Source: an uncultured Candidatus Saccharibacteria bacterium
Lineage (GTDB): Bacteria; Patescibacteriota; Saccharimonadia; Saccharimonadales; 2-12-FULL-41-12
Assembly (NCBI GenBank): GCA_964444225.1
Contig: CAYUFM010000002.1
Span: forward strand, 3,609 to 67,608
Length of the DNA stretch: 64,000 bases
Direction: 5' to 3'
A program made the translations under genes and the position numbers. Position 1 is the first letter of the stretch. Each line of letters opens with the position of its first letter. The notes under the pieces were generated by a model. That model was given only the letters and a program-made list of their open reading frames with translations. It ran no database searches and was not told where the DNA came from. Shown in pieces: positions 10,598 to 18,731 of the stretch.

Positions 10598-11533
10598 CTA
10601 CTTATTAAAGGCAGAGAAAATTGTCAAAATAATAGCAAACTTAGCAATTTGGTCAATTCTAATGTAGCGCTGTTCGTAGGCAACATATTCAAACTTCTTC
10701 TTGTTTAGAATAGAAGATTTAAGAGTTAGTAATGTGGCTACCGTAGACAAAACTACAATCGCACTAACGACATAAACGTACCAGCTAAACCGCTCATCTC
10801 CGATAACAGACGTTGCTATAAGGCTAATTACCATCGGCAACAATGCCAAGACATAGGCAAAAACTGCACCATAGAAAGCAAGCTTTTTAGGAGATTTAGA
10901 ATCTTTGTTCTCGCGTTCTGCTAGCCAGCTAAATAACGATCCAGCCAAGACTAGAGCGCCGACGGTCTTCATAGTATTTAACTCGTTTACTCCGGCCAGT
11001 AAGCTAGCAAACTCTACGACCACCATAGATATAACACCATAAAGTAGCCAACGCATTCCTGAAATACCAGCCTTTATAGTAGCTTCGTACCGCTTAAACA
11101 ATCTGGTGGCAAGCAGAAGAGATGCTACTGCTGTTAGGCCTAAGATGACAACTAAAATCCATCTTATACCTACGTTAAGTAAACTTTCTGTGGCAGAACC
11201 AAGCACAACACTGTCAGACATGACAAAAGTGTCTTTTGCCTGATAGTTTAGTAGCAATTCTTTGGTCTGAGGGTTAACAAAAACAATTGTAAGAATTGCT
11301 AAAATAACACCAGAAAAAACGTTAGATAAATGTAGTCCACGAATTTTCTCGAATGGTGTAGCTGAAGTCTTTTTAGAAGTAGAAGGTACTTTTTTTGCTG
11401 ATGAAGTTTTAGCGCTAGCTACTTTTTTAACAGATGTTTTAGCTGAAGCGCTGGCTGATTTTTTAGCAGCAGGTTTTGTTGCTTTACGTTTTGCAGTAGA
11501 TGCAGATTTTTTCTTGGCAGTTGTTGTCGCCAT
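10598..11533 (-). CDS. heliorhodopsin-like seven-transmembrane protein with a K/A/S/T-rich N-terminal tail
   Basis: A 311-aa ORF. Residues 1-60 are polycationic low complexity. Residues 61-311 have seven hydrophobic segments. The landmarks LFKRY, RWLLYG, FSWLAERE and YIRIDQIAKFAI match, by eye, my recollection of heliorhodopsin 48C12 (FFKRY, RWVEYS, FGWLQEKY, YIVLSLVAKSAL). Confidence 0.55.
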   Translation of the reverse strand: MATTTAKKKSASTAKRKATKPAAKKSASASAKTSVKKVASAKTSSAKKVPSTSKKTSATPFEKIRGLHLSNVFSGVILAILTIVFVNPQTKELLLNYQAKDTFVMSDSVVLGSATESLLNVGIRWILVVILGLTAVASLLLATRLFKRYEATIKAGISGMRWLLYGVISMVVVEFASLLAGVNELNTMKTVGALVLAGSLFSWLAERENKDSKSPKKLAFYGAVFAYVLALLPMVISLIATSVIGDERFSWYVYVVSAIVVLSTVATLLTLKSSILNKKKFEYVAYEQRYIRIDQIAKFAIILTIFSAFNK

Positions 11534-11603
11534 ATATAGGTGTCTCCCTTTAGTCTTTTCTTGATAATACTATAGCAACTCATTGTACTTAAATCCACTA
11601 TGA

Positions 11604-11680
11604 CCTCACGGATTCTCGCCAGACTGCGATGTCAGGTGCTTGGAATCTGAGTAGGCAGTCTGGCGCAGGATTCTTGAGGA
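11604..11680 (-). other. long imperfect GC-rich hairpin between msrA and the heliorhodopsin-like gene
   Basis: There is a perfect 11-bp inverted repeat, CGCCAGACTGC (11617-11627) and GCAGTCTGGCG (11655-11665). An inner TCAG/CTGA pairing and outer CCTCA/TGAGG pairing extend it. No U-tract follows. Confidence 0.5.
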
Positions 11681-12184
11681 TTAATGAATTGGCTCGTAAG
11701 GTACATGACACATCCCCTTACCCGTTGTCTGAGTATATTTCTGATGATAATCTTCAGCCCTATAAAAAGTACTTGCCTGTTCAAGCTTCGTCGCAATAGG
11801 ATTCTTGAAGCTCGAAGACAAATTTTTAATTACTATTTCGGCTAGAATTTTCTGATCATCACTATGATAAAAAATTGCAGAGCGATACTGGCTACCAATA
11901 TCTGGACCTTGTCCATCTACCTGAGTTGGATCATGAAGTCTAAAAAAATGTTTTAACAAAGTCTCGTAAGTTATAAGTTCTGGATCGAACTCTATTTCGA
12001 CAGCTTCTGCGTGTCCTGTTTTATCCGTGCATACTTGCTCATAAGTAGGGTTAGGCACGTTGCCGCCCGTATAGCCAACTATAGATTGGATAACACCAGG
12101 TACTTGATCAAAGTAATACTGCACACCCCAAAAACACCCCGCTGCAAAGGTTGCTTTTTGAAGCCCAAGTTCTGCCATGTCCAT
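11681..12184 (-). CDS. msrA: peptide-methionine (S)-S-oxide reductase
   Basis: A 167-aa ORF with the GCFWG catalytic motif and GHAEAV, DP....DGQG.D.G.QYRS. Confidence 0.9.
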   Translation of the reverse strand: MDMAELGLQKATFAAGCFWGVQYYFDQVPGVIQSIVGYTGGNVPNPTYEQVCTDKTGHAEAVEIEFDPELITYETLLKHFFRLHDPTQVDGQGPDIGSQYRSAIFYHSDDQKILAEIVIKNLSSSFKNPIATKLEQASTFYRAEDYHQKYTQTTGKGMCHVPYEPIH

Positions 12185-12185
12185 A

Positions 12186-12488
12186 TTATTCTTCTACTGT
12201 TACGCCCCGCCAAAAGGCTACGTAGTTCGTAAAATCTTTTTTTGTCTGTTCAAACGCTGATGGTGTTGGTGTTGGGTAATACCACGCTGCGTCAGTATTG
12301 GTTTGACCATTTACTTCAACATTATAGTAGCTAGCCTCACCCTTCCAGTGACATGTTGTGTGAGTTTCGCTAGCCTTAAAGAATTCTTCTTTTATTGCAC
12401 TTTTTGGAAAATACCAATTACCTTCGATAAAAATTAAGTCAGCCTTGTCTGCTTCGGCCACGACTTGACTGTTCCATACTGCTTTCAT
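12186..12488 (-). CDS. DUF427-family small protein
   Basis: A 100-aa ORF. The pattern EGNWYFP...CHWKGEASYY...AAWYYP is as I recall for DUF427. Its stop lies 1 nt from the msrA start. Confidence 0.55.
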   Translation of the reverse strand: MKAVWNSQVVAEADKADLIFIEGNWYFPKSAIKEEFFKASETHTTCHWKGEASYYNVEVNGQTNTDAAWYYPTPTPSAFEQTKKDFTNYVAFWRGVTVEE

Positions 12489-12522
12489 ACTCTTACCCTC
12501 TATTAGTGCTTATAGTTTATCA

Positions 12523-14055
12523 CTAAACCGAGGATTTAAGGCGAAGTCGCTGTATAAGCCAGTCGCGAGGTAATATGCTAAGGAACCAGCCAGCGCGCGG
12601 ACCGGCTTCTTTGCCGATCAAACAGCGATATAGTACGGTAAATAGTTCTTTCGGGCTAACCTCGTCAGTTTTGAAATCATATATAGCCTGATGGAACCAC
12701 TGTCCATCAGCATCTTCCGGTGCATGTTCGATTTTGTCTGCAAGTCCGAACATAAATGTTTTCTGAGCATCTGTGAATTCGTTGGGCTCTACATTTTCTA
12801 ACAAAGAGAATTTCACCGACTCTGGAGCCCATTGCTCTAACCATCTATCTATATAGTCAAGCTCCAGTTTTATGGTTTCTTGCTGAGCGTCAGCTATATC
12901 TGCATGTTCTGTGCGCTTAATAATTTCTATAGTTTTTTCTGGATCCTTTAATGCAGACTGATAGCTTGCTACTAGGTGCGAAAATGGCACATTGCTTATA
13001 GTATTTTGTTTTAAGGGACTAGAGCATACACTTATCAGCTGTTCGTCATCCGCATCCTTGTTGGGCTTGGCTAGTAGTTCGGCATACTCATCAATCAGCC
13101 TGACAATCCCGCCTTCTTGGTCAAAAAATAATTGCTTATCGGGGCTAAATCTTAACACAAAAAACCTGACGATTTCTGGTGGCAAGACACTTAAAAGCTC
13201 GGATACATTTACGGTGTTGCCCGCGCTTTTACTCATTTTTTTGGTTTCGCCCGTCCTATTTATGAATGCGTAAGGTATAGGGTAAGGAGCCGATGAGCCA
13301 AAAACTTTTTTCATAAGTTCAACACCGGTGTCGTACGAGCCACCTTTTGTAGCATGATCCCTACCAAAAGGCTCCGCCTGCACACCAACCAACCACCACC
13401 TGGCCGGCCAATCTAGTCGCCAGTCCAGTTTGACCTGACCACCGACATAACTAATTTCTGTTTCTTTGTCTTCCTTGTTAAGAAAAATAATTGTTTTTTT
13501 GGATGTATCGATACTGACAAATGGTCGTTTTTTTAGATATCCCTCTTCGTTTACTTGGATTGGAGACCACTGGTCGTTAAGTTTTCTGCCTGAGACTCTT
13601 TCAAGACACTCTTTTACTACATTTATGTTTTCCAGAGTCTTTTCAATAGCCGTTTCAAAAAAACCAGATCGATATTTTTCGTTGGAGCGGATTACTTCCA
13701 TCTCAATACCTAATATATCTAAGTTACTAAGAAAATCTTTTAAGAAGTAGTCTGCGTAAGACCCATTGCCGTCCGGAGAAGGGACATCACATAGAGATTT
13801 TCCTAGAAACTTTTCATAAGACGAGTCTATGCCTACCGGTATTTTACGTAGTTGATCATGATCATCAACAAAATGAAGGTGCCTAACACTACGACCACGC
13901 TTTTTTAGCTCAACGACAAGCGCATCCGTAGTTAGAACTTCACGAAGTGTTCCAACGTGATAAGTACCCGATGGTGAAACACCAGATGAAACAATAATCT
14001 CACCTTCCGGATGTGCCTTCTCAATATCATCAACAACTTTTTGTAACCAAAACAT
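12523..14055 (-). CDS. lysK: lysyl-tRNA synthetase, class I type
   Basis: A 510-aa ORF with SPSGTYHVGTLREV (HIGH-region equivalent) and KMSKSAGN (KMSKS loop). It is a Rossmann-type protein, not the class II LysS. Confidence 0.85.
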   Translation of the reverse strand: MFWLQKVVDDIEKAHPEGEIIVSSGVSPSGTYHVGTLREVLTTDALVVELKKRGRSVRHLHFVDDHDQLRKIPVGIDSSYEKFLGKSLCDVPSPDGNGSYADYFLKDFLSNLDILGIEMEVIRSNEKYRSGFFETAIEKTLENINVVKECLERVSGRKLNDQWSPIQVNEEGYLKKRPFVSIDTSKKTIIFLNKEDKETEISYVGGQVKLDWRLDWPARWWLVGVQAEPFGRDHATKGGSYDTGVELMKKVFGSSAPYPIPYAFINRTGETKKMSKSAGNTVNVSELLSVLPPEIVRFFVLRFSPDKQLFFDQEGGIVRLIDEYAELLAKPNKDADDEQLISVCSSPLKQNTISNVPFSHLVASYQSALKDPEKTIEIIKRTEHADIADAQQETIKLELDYIDRWLEQWAPESVKFSLLENVEPNEFTDAQKTFMFGLADKIEHAPEDADGQWFHQAIYDFKTDEVSPKELFTVLYRCLIGKEAGPRAGWFLSILPRDWLIQRLRLKSSV

Positions 14056-14184
14056 AATAATTCTCTACCTAATTTAACACACTAATTATTTAAAACTCCT
14101 AAAATTTGGGCTTCTAGTCAATAATACAGCGAGTGCGTACTGGAGCTAGCAACGCAACAGTTTGCAAACTAGAGACTAAGATAT

Positions 14185-14646
14185 CTAGGTGATTTCGACG
14201 ATGTGGTATGTAGTAGTCTCCGCCGGAGTAACTATCTCTACATCATCGTTAAGTTTTTTACCTAAAAGAGCCTTACCGATCGGTGATTCATCAGAGATTT
14301 TACCACTTAAAGGATCGGCTTCAACTGTACCCACCACCTTAAATACTTTATGAGCGCCAGAAGCATGCTTAAGTTTAACTGTGCTACCTAGTTGTACTTT
14401 ACTGTCACCCTTTGGTTTTTTAATAAGCTCTACACTGGCAAGAATTCCTTCGATCTCCATGATTCGACTTTCGTTCTTCTCGTGGTCATCTTTTGCAGCA
14501 TGATACTCTGCATTTTCGCTCAAATCACCTTGCTCACGAGCCGTTTTTATAGACTCGGCAATTTCACCACGCCTGGCAACTAAGCCATTAAGCTCGCTGT
14601 TAAGCTCGTCTATTCCTTCTTGGGTTAATCTAAATTGTTTTTTCAT
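14185..14646 (-). CDS. greA: transcription elongation factor GreA
   Basis: A 153-aa ORF with the coiled-coil N-terminus ...AREQGDLSENAEYHAAKD and a C-terminal FKBP-like domain. Confidence 0.9.
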   Translation of the reverse strand: MKKQFRLTQEGIDELNSELNGLVARRGEIAESIKTAREQGDLSENAEYHAAKDDHEKNESRIMEIEGILASVELIKKPKGDSKVQLGSTVKLKHASGAHKVFKVVGTVEADPLSGKISDESPIGKALLGKKLNDDVEIVTPAETTTYHIVEIT

Positions 14647-14663
14647 AATCTTCTCCTAATATT

Positions 14664-15956
14664 TTAGCGCATTTTCGAGGTTTCTAGGCTACGCTTTATC
14701 TTTGCTATTAATTCTTCTCTGCTAAGATCTGAGCTTTTGCCATCTATTCGATCTTTTGTTTCAAACTTATTAGACTCTAATGTCTTATTGCTTACCACTA
14801 CCCGGAAGGGAATCCCCAGTAAGTCTGCATCACCGAACTTTTCGCCTGGGCGAATATCTCGGTCGTCATAGATTACACCAATCCCTTCGCTTTGCATAGA
14901 TGTAAAAATGTCGTCAGCTAATTCAACCACTTTTTCGTCGTCACCCAGTCTTGCGACATACACTACAGCAGGTGCTACTGAAACAGGCCAAACCAGTCCA
15001 TTCTCATCACTAAATCTTTCGGCAATAACACCTACAAGTCTGGTTATCCCTATGCCGTAAGAGCCTAGATGAACTAGTTGTTTTTGCCCTGATTCGTTTG
15101 TAAAGGTAAAGTCTGTTTGCTCGCTCTTGATTGTTCCGAAGTCAAAGATATTGCCAACTTCTGCTGTTTTTACTTTTTCTAGTTTATCTTTGTTTAAGCC
15201 GAGTTTTTGCACAAGCTCGTCGCTCATTACTTCTTCGTTAATTGCTATCTTTTTTTCTCTATCCAGATAAACAATGTCTTCACCAGCATCGCAGATAGTC
15301 TGGAATTCATGACTAAATTCAGTAAAGGCACCTCCGCTAGCAAAAGTCAGAAAGGTGTCATCACCTAACCCCATTCGGGCAAAGCAACGGTGGTAAGCTT
15401 CAATTGTTTGATTGTAAAAGTTCTCGTGCATTTGTGCATCTGTACTACAAGAATACATATCTTTCATGACAAATTCTCGTCCCCGCATCACCCCACTCTT
15501 GGACCTGAGCTCGTTACGCATCTTAGTCTGAAACTGATACACATTAGCCGGCAGATCTTTATAGCTAGATAAATGGCCCTTCATCATTCGGATAATCGCC
15601 TCTTCATGCGACCATCCAAAACCTACTTCCGTTCCGTTTTTTAACTTAGATTTAAACCAAACATCAACATTCTTATCGTCCCAGCGGTCAGTAGGCTCCC
15701 AGGTTTCTTTTGGCTGAAGACTGCTCATAATTAGTTCTTGGCCGCCTATGGCGTTCATTTCTTCACGAACTATTTGTTTTATGTTCTCGACAACCGCAAT
15801 TCCTAAGGGCAAATATGAATACACTCCAGCCATTTCTTTATGCACATAACCTGCCCTAATCAAAAGCTGGGCATTAAGAGCCGTCTCATCTCCAGGATGA
15901 GACTTACTAGTCCTCGTAAACAGTTGTGATAACCTTACCGCAAACATAACACACAT
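14664..15956 (-). CDS. proS: prolyl-tRNA synthetase without a full-size INS editing domain
   Basis: A 430-aa ORF containing LIRAGY..K.MAGVY.YLPLG, FRNE.R..GV.RGREF..KD and GSYGIG.TRL. The start is probably the Met at 15947 (MFAVRLSQLF). It is too short to hold the ~180-aa bacterial INS domain. Confidence 0.9.
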   Translation of the reverse strand: MCVMFAVRLSQLFTRTSKSHPGDETALNAQLLIRAGYVHKEMAGVYSYLPLGIAVVENIKQIVREEMNAIGGQELIMSSLQPKETWEPTDRWDDKNVDVWFKSKLKNGTEVGFGWSHEEAIIRMMKGHLSSYKDLPANVYQFQTKMRNELRSKSGVMRGREFVMKDMYSCSTDAQMHENFYNQTIEAYHRCFARMGLGDDTFLTFASGGAFTEFSHEFQTICDAGEDIVYLDREKKIAINEEVMSDELVQKLGLNKDKLEKVKTAEVGNIFDFGTIKSEQTDFTFTNESGQKQLVHLGSYGIGITRLVGVIAERFSDENGLVWPVSVAPAVVYVARLGDDEKVVELADDIFTSMQSEGIGVIYDDRDIRPGEKFGDADLLGIPFRVVVSNKTLESNKFETKDRIDGKSSDLSREELIAKIKRSLETSKMR

Positions 15957-15986
15957 ATTGTATCCGATTTTAGACTTTTATGCAGT

Positions 15987-16808
15987 CTAAATTCCTGAAA
16001 CTTTAAAAACAAACAAAAGCAGGAAAGCCAGGCCATTTTTTAAACCGTGAACTATCATCCCGGACCATAACGCCCCGGTGCGCTCACGTAGGTTAATCAA
16101 AAACATAGAAAGTACGAACGTATCTATAGCCGCGATCCACAGTGGAGGATTTCCAGACCCCAACTGTAAGTGAGCAACGGCAAACAGCGCACTTGCAAGC
16201 ACAGCTGCAATTCTAATTGCGTACTTTTTGCGAAGTCCGGTATATAAAAATCCTCGCACAACAATTTCTTCTACGATTGGTGGCAAGATTACTAAACTAA
16301 TAAACACCATAGTTAGTGGCCAGAGTCCTGACACTCCTTTAAAACCTAGCTCTTGCTCTTGTTCGGTGTCTATCCCAGGCACTAAAGCAGAAATAGCAGC
16401 AGTAATAACTATTAAAAGTACAAAGTATATAGCGAAGGTCACTAACGCCGGGGAGATATCTTTGATAGAAGGTTTCCGTGACATGCCAATGTCTTTAAAT
16501 GAGTTATTTCTAGATTTTAAGAACCACCATAAAATATACAGAGTTATAGCCTCGACTAGCAGAAAGAAGGCAAATTGTAGACCTGTAGATGTCTCAATAT
16601 TATTAAAAACACTTTCCACATCCCTTCCGGTTGCGCCAGCCCAAAATCCAATAAATATAGCCGCAAAAAACTGAGAAGCAATATAACTAAAAACGGTTAC
16701 AACTACTGCACTAAAAGCACCAAATCCAACCTTCCCTTTTAGCAGTTTTTTATGTGGAGCTTTCGGTTTACTTATTACTTCGCCTTCTACTGCTTCTTGT
16801 TCTTTCAT
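15987..16808 (-). CDS. CPBP-family intramembrane glutamic endopeptidase (CAAX protease-like)
   Basis: A 273-aa polytopic ORF with EEIVVRGFLY (EExxxR) and FAVAHL motifs. It overlaps the rseP stop by 4 nt. Confidence 0.75.
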   Translation of the reverse strand: MKEQEAVEGEVISKPKAPHKKLLKGKVGFGAFSAVVVTVFSYIASQFFAAIFIGFWAGATGRDVESVFNNIETSTGLQFAFFLLVEAITLYILWWFLKSRNNSFKDIGMSRKPSIKDISPALVTFAIYFVLLIVITAAISALVPGIDTEQEQELGFKGVSGLWPLTMVFISLVILPPIVEEIVVRGFLYTGLRKKYAIRIAAVLASALFAVAHLQLGSGNPPLWIAAIDTFVLSMFLINLRERTGALWSGMIVHGLKNGLAFLLLFVFKVSGI

Positions 16809-17935
16809 CTAAAAAACCTGTTTATATCCACGACGGTTATAAGCACAAACAACCCCATCAATACAACGAATCCCGTGCCATGTATTAGCTCTTCACGTTG
16901 CTTACTGAGCGGTTTTTTGATCGCCCTGAACAATAATGTAACGAACAGTCTTCCTCCATCAAGTGCTGGGATTGGCAAAATATTCATTATTGCTAGCGTC
17001 AGCGAAATTATCGCAATTATCATAAGTACAAAGTTAAAGCCGATTTTACTAACCTCGTTCAATATATAAGCCACGCCAACCGGACCAGAGACTTGGTCTT
17101 TGGCGGTCTGAGTATCACCTTTAGCGAGGCTAGAAAAAATTGTACCTAGGCCGTTGAATGTTAGTTCAGTAAACTGGGCACTTAACCCAACTGCCACAAC
17201 AGGCGCAGACCAAGTAGACCGCCTAATTTCGCGCCCTTCGGATCCTGACTGTGAAGATACGCCCAGGTAGCCCTCGCCTTTATTCTCTGCATTTAATGTG
17301 ATGTTGTATGCAACCGTCTGATCACCACGTTTTATTGTTATTGGCACTTCTTTACCGGCATTTTCTTTAGCTATGCTACCCACTTGGTCGCTACGTTTTA
17401 CTTCTTGCCCGGCAATGCTCAATATCTGGTCTTTTTCTTTTAATCCTGCCTTTTCGGCTGGCGTGCCCTTACCAACACTTGCGACTAGTACGCTATCCGG
17501 ATTTTTAACTTCTTGTATTAATTTTGTGTCAGACTTTACAGTGAATTGATTATCAACAATTTTTGGCATGCCTATCCAAGCAAGAGCTGTAAATAATATC
17601 AGTGCAGTGACCAAGTTCATCAGCACACCAGCAGTCATGATTTTGATTTTAGTTTTTAGACTCGCTGCACCAAAACTACCTTTACGTCTGTCGCTGTCAC
17701 TTTCGCCCTTTAGCTTTACAAAACCACCCAGCGGAAGAAGATTTATAGTAAATAAAAATTCAGATTTTTCAGTTTTGATCTTCTTTCCCCAAATTTTAGG
17801 TGGAAATCCAATACCGAATTCCTCTATTTCTACGCCATTTCTGCGGGCAGCGACAAAATGCCCCCACTCGTGTGCCACGACAAGTGCCACAAACATCAAA
17901 GCGCCCAAAATTAGATAAAACACTGCCATTAACAA
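16805..17935 (-). CDS. rseP: site-2 (M50) zinc metalloprotease RseP/RasP with a PDZ domain
   Basis: A 376-aa ORF with HEWGHF (HExxH), a central PDZ-like segment (GTPAEKAGLKEKDQILSIAG), and NILPIPALDGGR. Confidence 0.85.
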   Translation of the reverse strand: MLMAVFYLILGALMFVALVVAHEWGHFVAARRNGVEIEEFGIGFPPKIWGKKIKTEKSEFLFTINLLPLGGFVKLKGESDSDRRKGSFGAASLKTKIKIMTAGVLMNLVTALILFTALAWIGMPKIVDNQFTVKSDTKLIQEVKNPDSVLVASVGKGTPAEKAGLKEKDQILSIAGQEVKRSDQVGSIAKENAGKEVPITIKRGDQTVAYNITLNAENKGEGYLGVSSQSGSEGREIRRSTWSAPVVAVGLSAQFTELTFNGLGTIFSSLAKGDTQTAKDQVSGPVGVAYILNEVSKIGFNFVLMIIAIISLTLAIMNILPIPALDGGRLFVTLLFRAIKKPLSKQREELIHGTGFVVLMGLFVLITVVDINRFFR

Positions 17936-17968
17936 TAATTATAGCAGTAAGTATCGGGGATTTATTTT

Positions 17969-18532
17969 TTAAACGGTTAGTATTTCGGATTCTTTGGCTT
18001 TTGAGAGCTGGTCTATCTGGGATTTATATTGAGCCATCGTGTCATCAACTTGCTTTACTAGGCGTTTGTGGTCGTCTTCGCTTATATCTTTGTCTTTTTT
18101 AGCATCATCTAAGTCAGTAATAATATCTCGACGAATTCCGCGCTGAGCAACCATACAATCTTCTACTTTTTGGTTTAATTGCTTGACGATTTCACGACGG
18201 CGCTCCTCTGTCAGCATCGGGATTGGTACGCGCACAACCCGGCCGTCATCACTAGGGTTCATGCCCAAACTTTGATTATCACGAATAGCGTTGCTGATGG
18301 CTTGAATATTGTTAGGGTCAAATGGTGTTAGCTGTAAAAGTTGAGGCTCCGGCGTACTAATAGTCGCTAGCTGGTTCAGCGGCATAGGCGTACCATAGGC
18401 CTCTGCCGTGACGCCGTCCAACATTGATGGATGAGCTCGTCCAGTTCGTAATTTTTTTAGCTCAGCCTCAAAATGCTCAACACTTGATTTAAGCTTGGTT
18501 TCTGCTTGTTTTACTAGATCTTGTGGATTCAT
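17969..18532 (-). CDS. frr: ribosome recycling factor
   Basis: A 187-aa ORF with ...LKKLRTGRAHPSMLD...V.VPIP.LTEERR.E..K. Confidence 0.95.
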   Translation of the reverse strand: MNPQDLVKQAETKLKSSVEHFEAELKKLRTGRAHPSMLDGVTAEAYGTPMPLNQLATISTPEPQLLQLTPFDPNNIQAISNAIRDNQSLGMNPSDDGRVVRVPIPMLTEERRREIVKQLNQKVEDCMVAQRGIRRDIITDLDDAKKDKDISEDDHKRLVKQVDDTMAQYKSQIDQLSKAKESEILTV

Positions 18533-18581
18533 ATCAACAGTATACAGTCGTTTTGATCATAAAATCAAAGATTTTCATAGC

Positions 18582-18592
18582 TTTAGGTCTTT
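18582..18592 (-). promoter_or_regulatory. AAAGACCTAAA leader motif, copy upstream of frr
   Basis: The exact 11-mer lies 51 nt upstream of the frr ATG, just after a GGCTG-ACCTAA-CAGCC hairpin. Confidence 0.5.
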
Positions 18593-18703
18593 AGTCCATG
18601 GCTGTTAGGTCAGCCTTTGCCTAAACTGATTAAAATAAGTAATTACTATGTCTGAATCATTTGCGAGGACCAGTTTTATTGCTATTCATATATAAATAAT
18701 AGA

Positions 18704-18731
18704 GCAATAAAACCGCTTGCGTTCCGCAAGC
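18704..18731 (-). terminator. putative intrinsic terminator ending the rpsB-tsf transcript
   Basis: On the minus strand, a GCTTGCG-GAA-CGCAAGC hairpin (18715-18731) is followed by GGTTTTATTG. It lies about 115 nt after the tsf stop, beyond two other hairpins. Confidence 0.45.

Noticed and set aside
11604-11680. A tRNA or other known small RNA gene in the GC-rich hairpin.
   Set aside because: It has no cloverleaf, acceptor/T-arm pairing or GTTC-type T-loop. It folds as one long rod.
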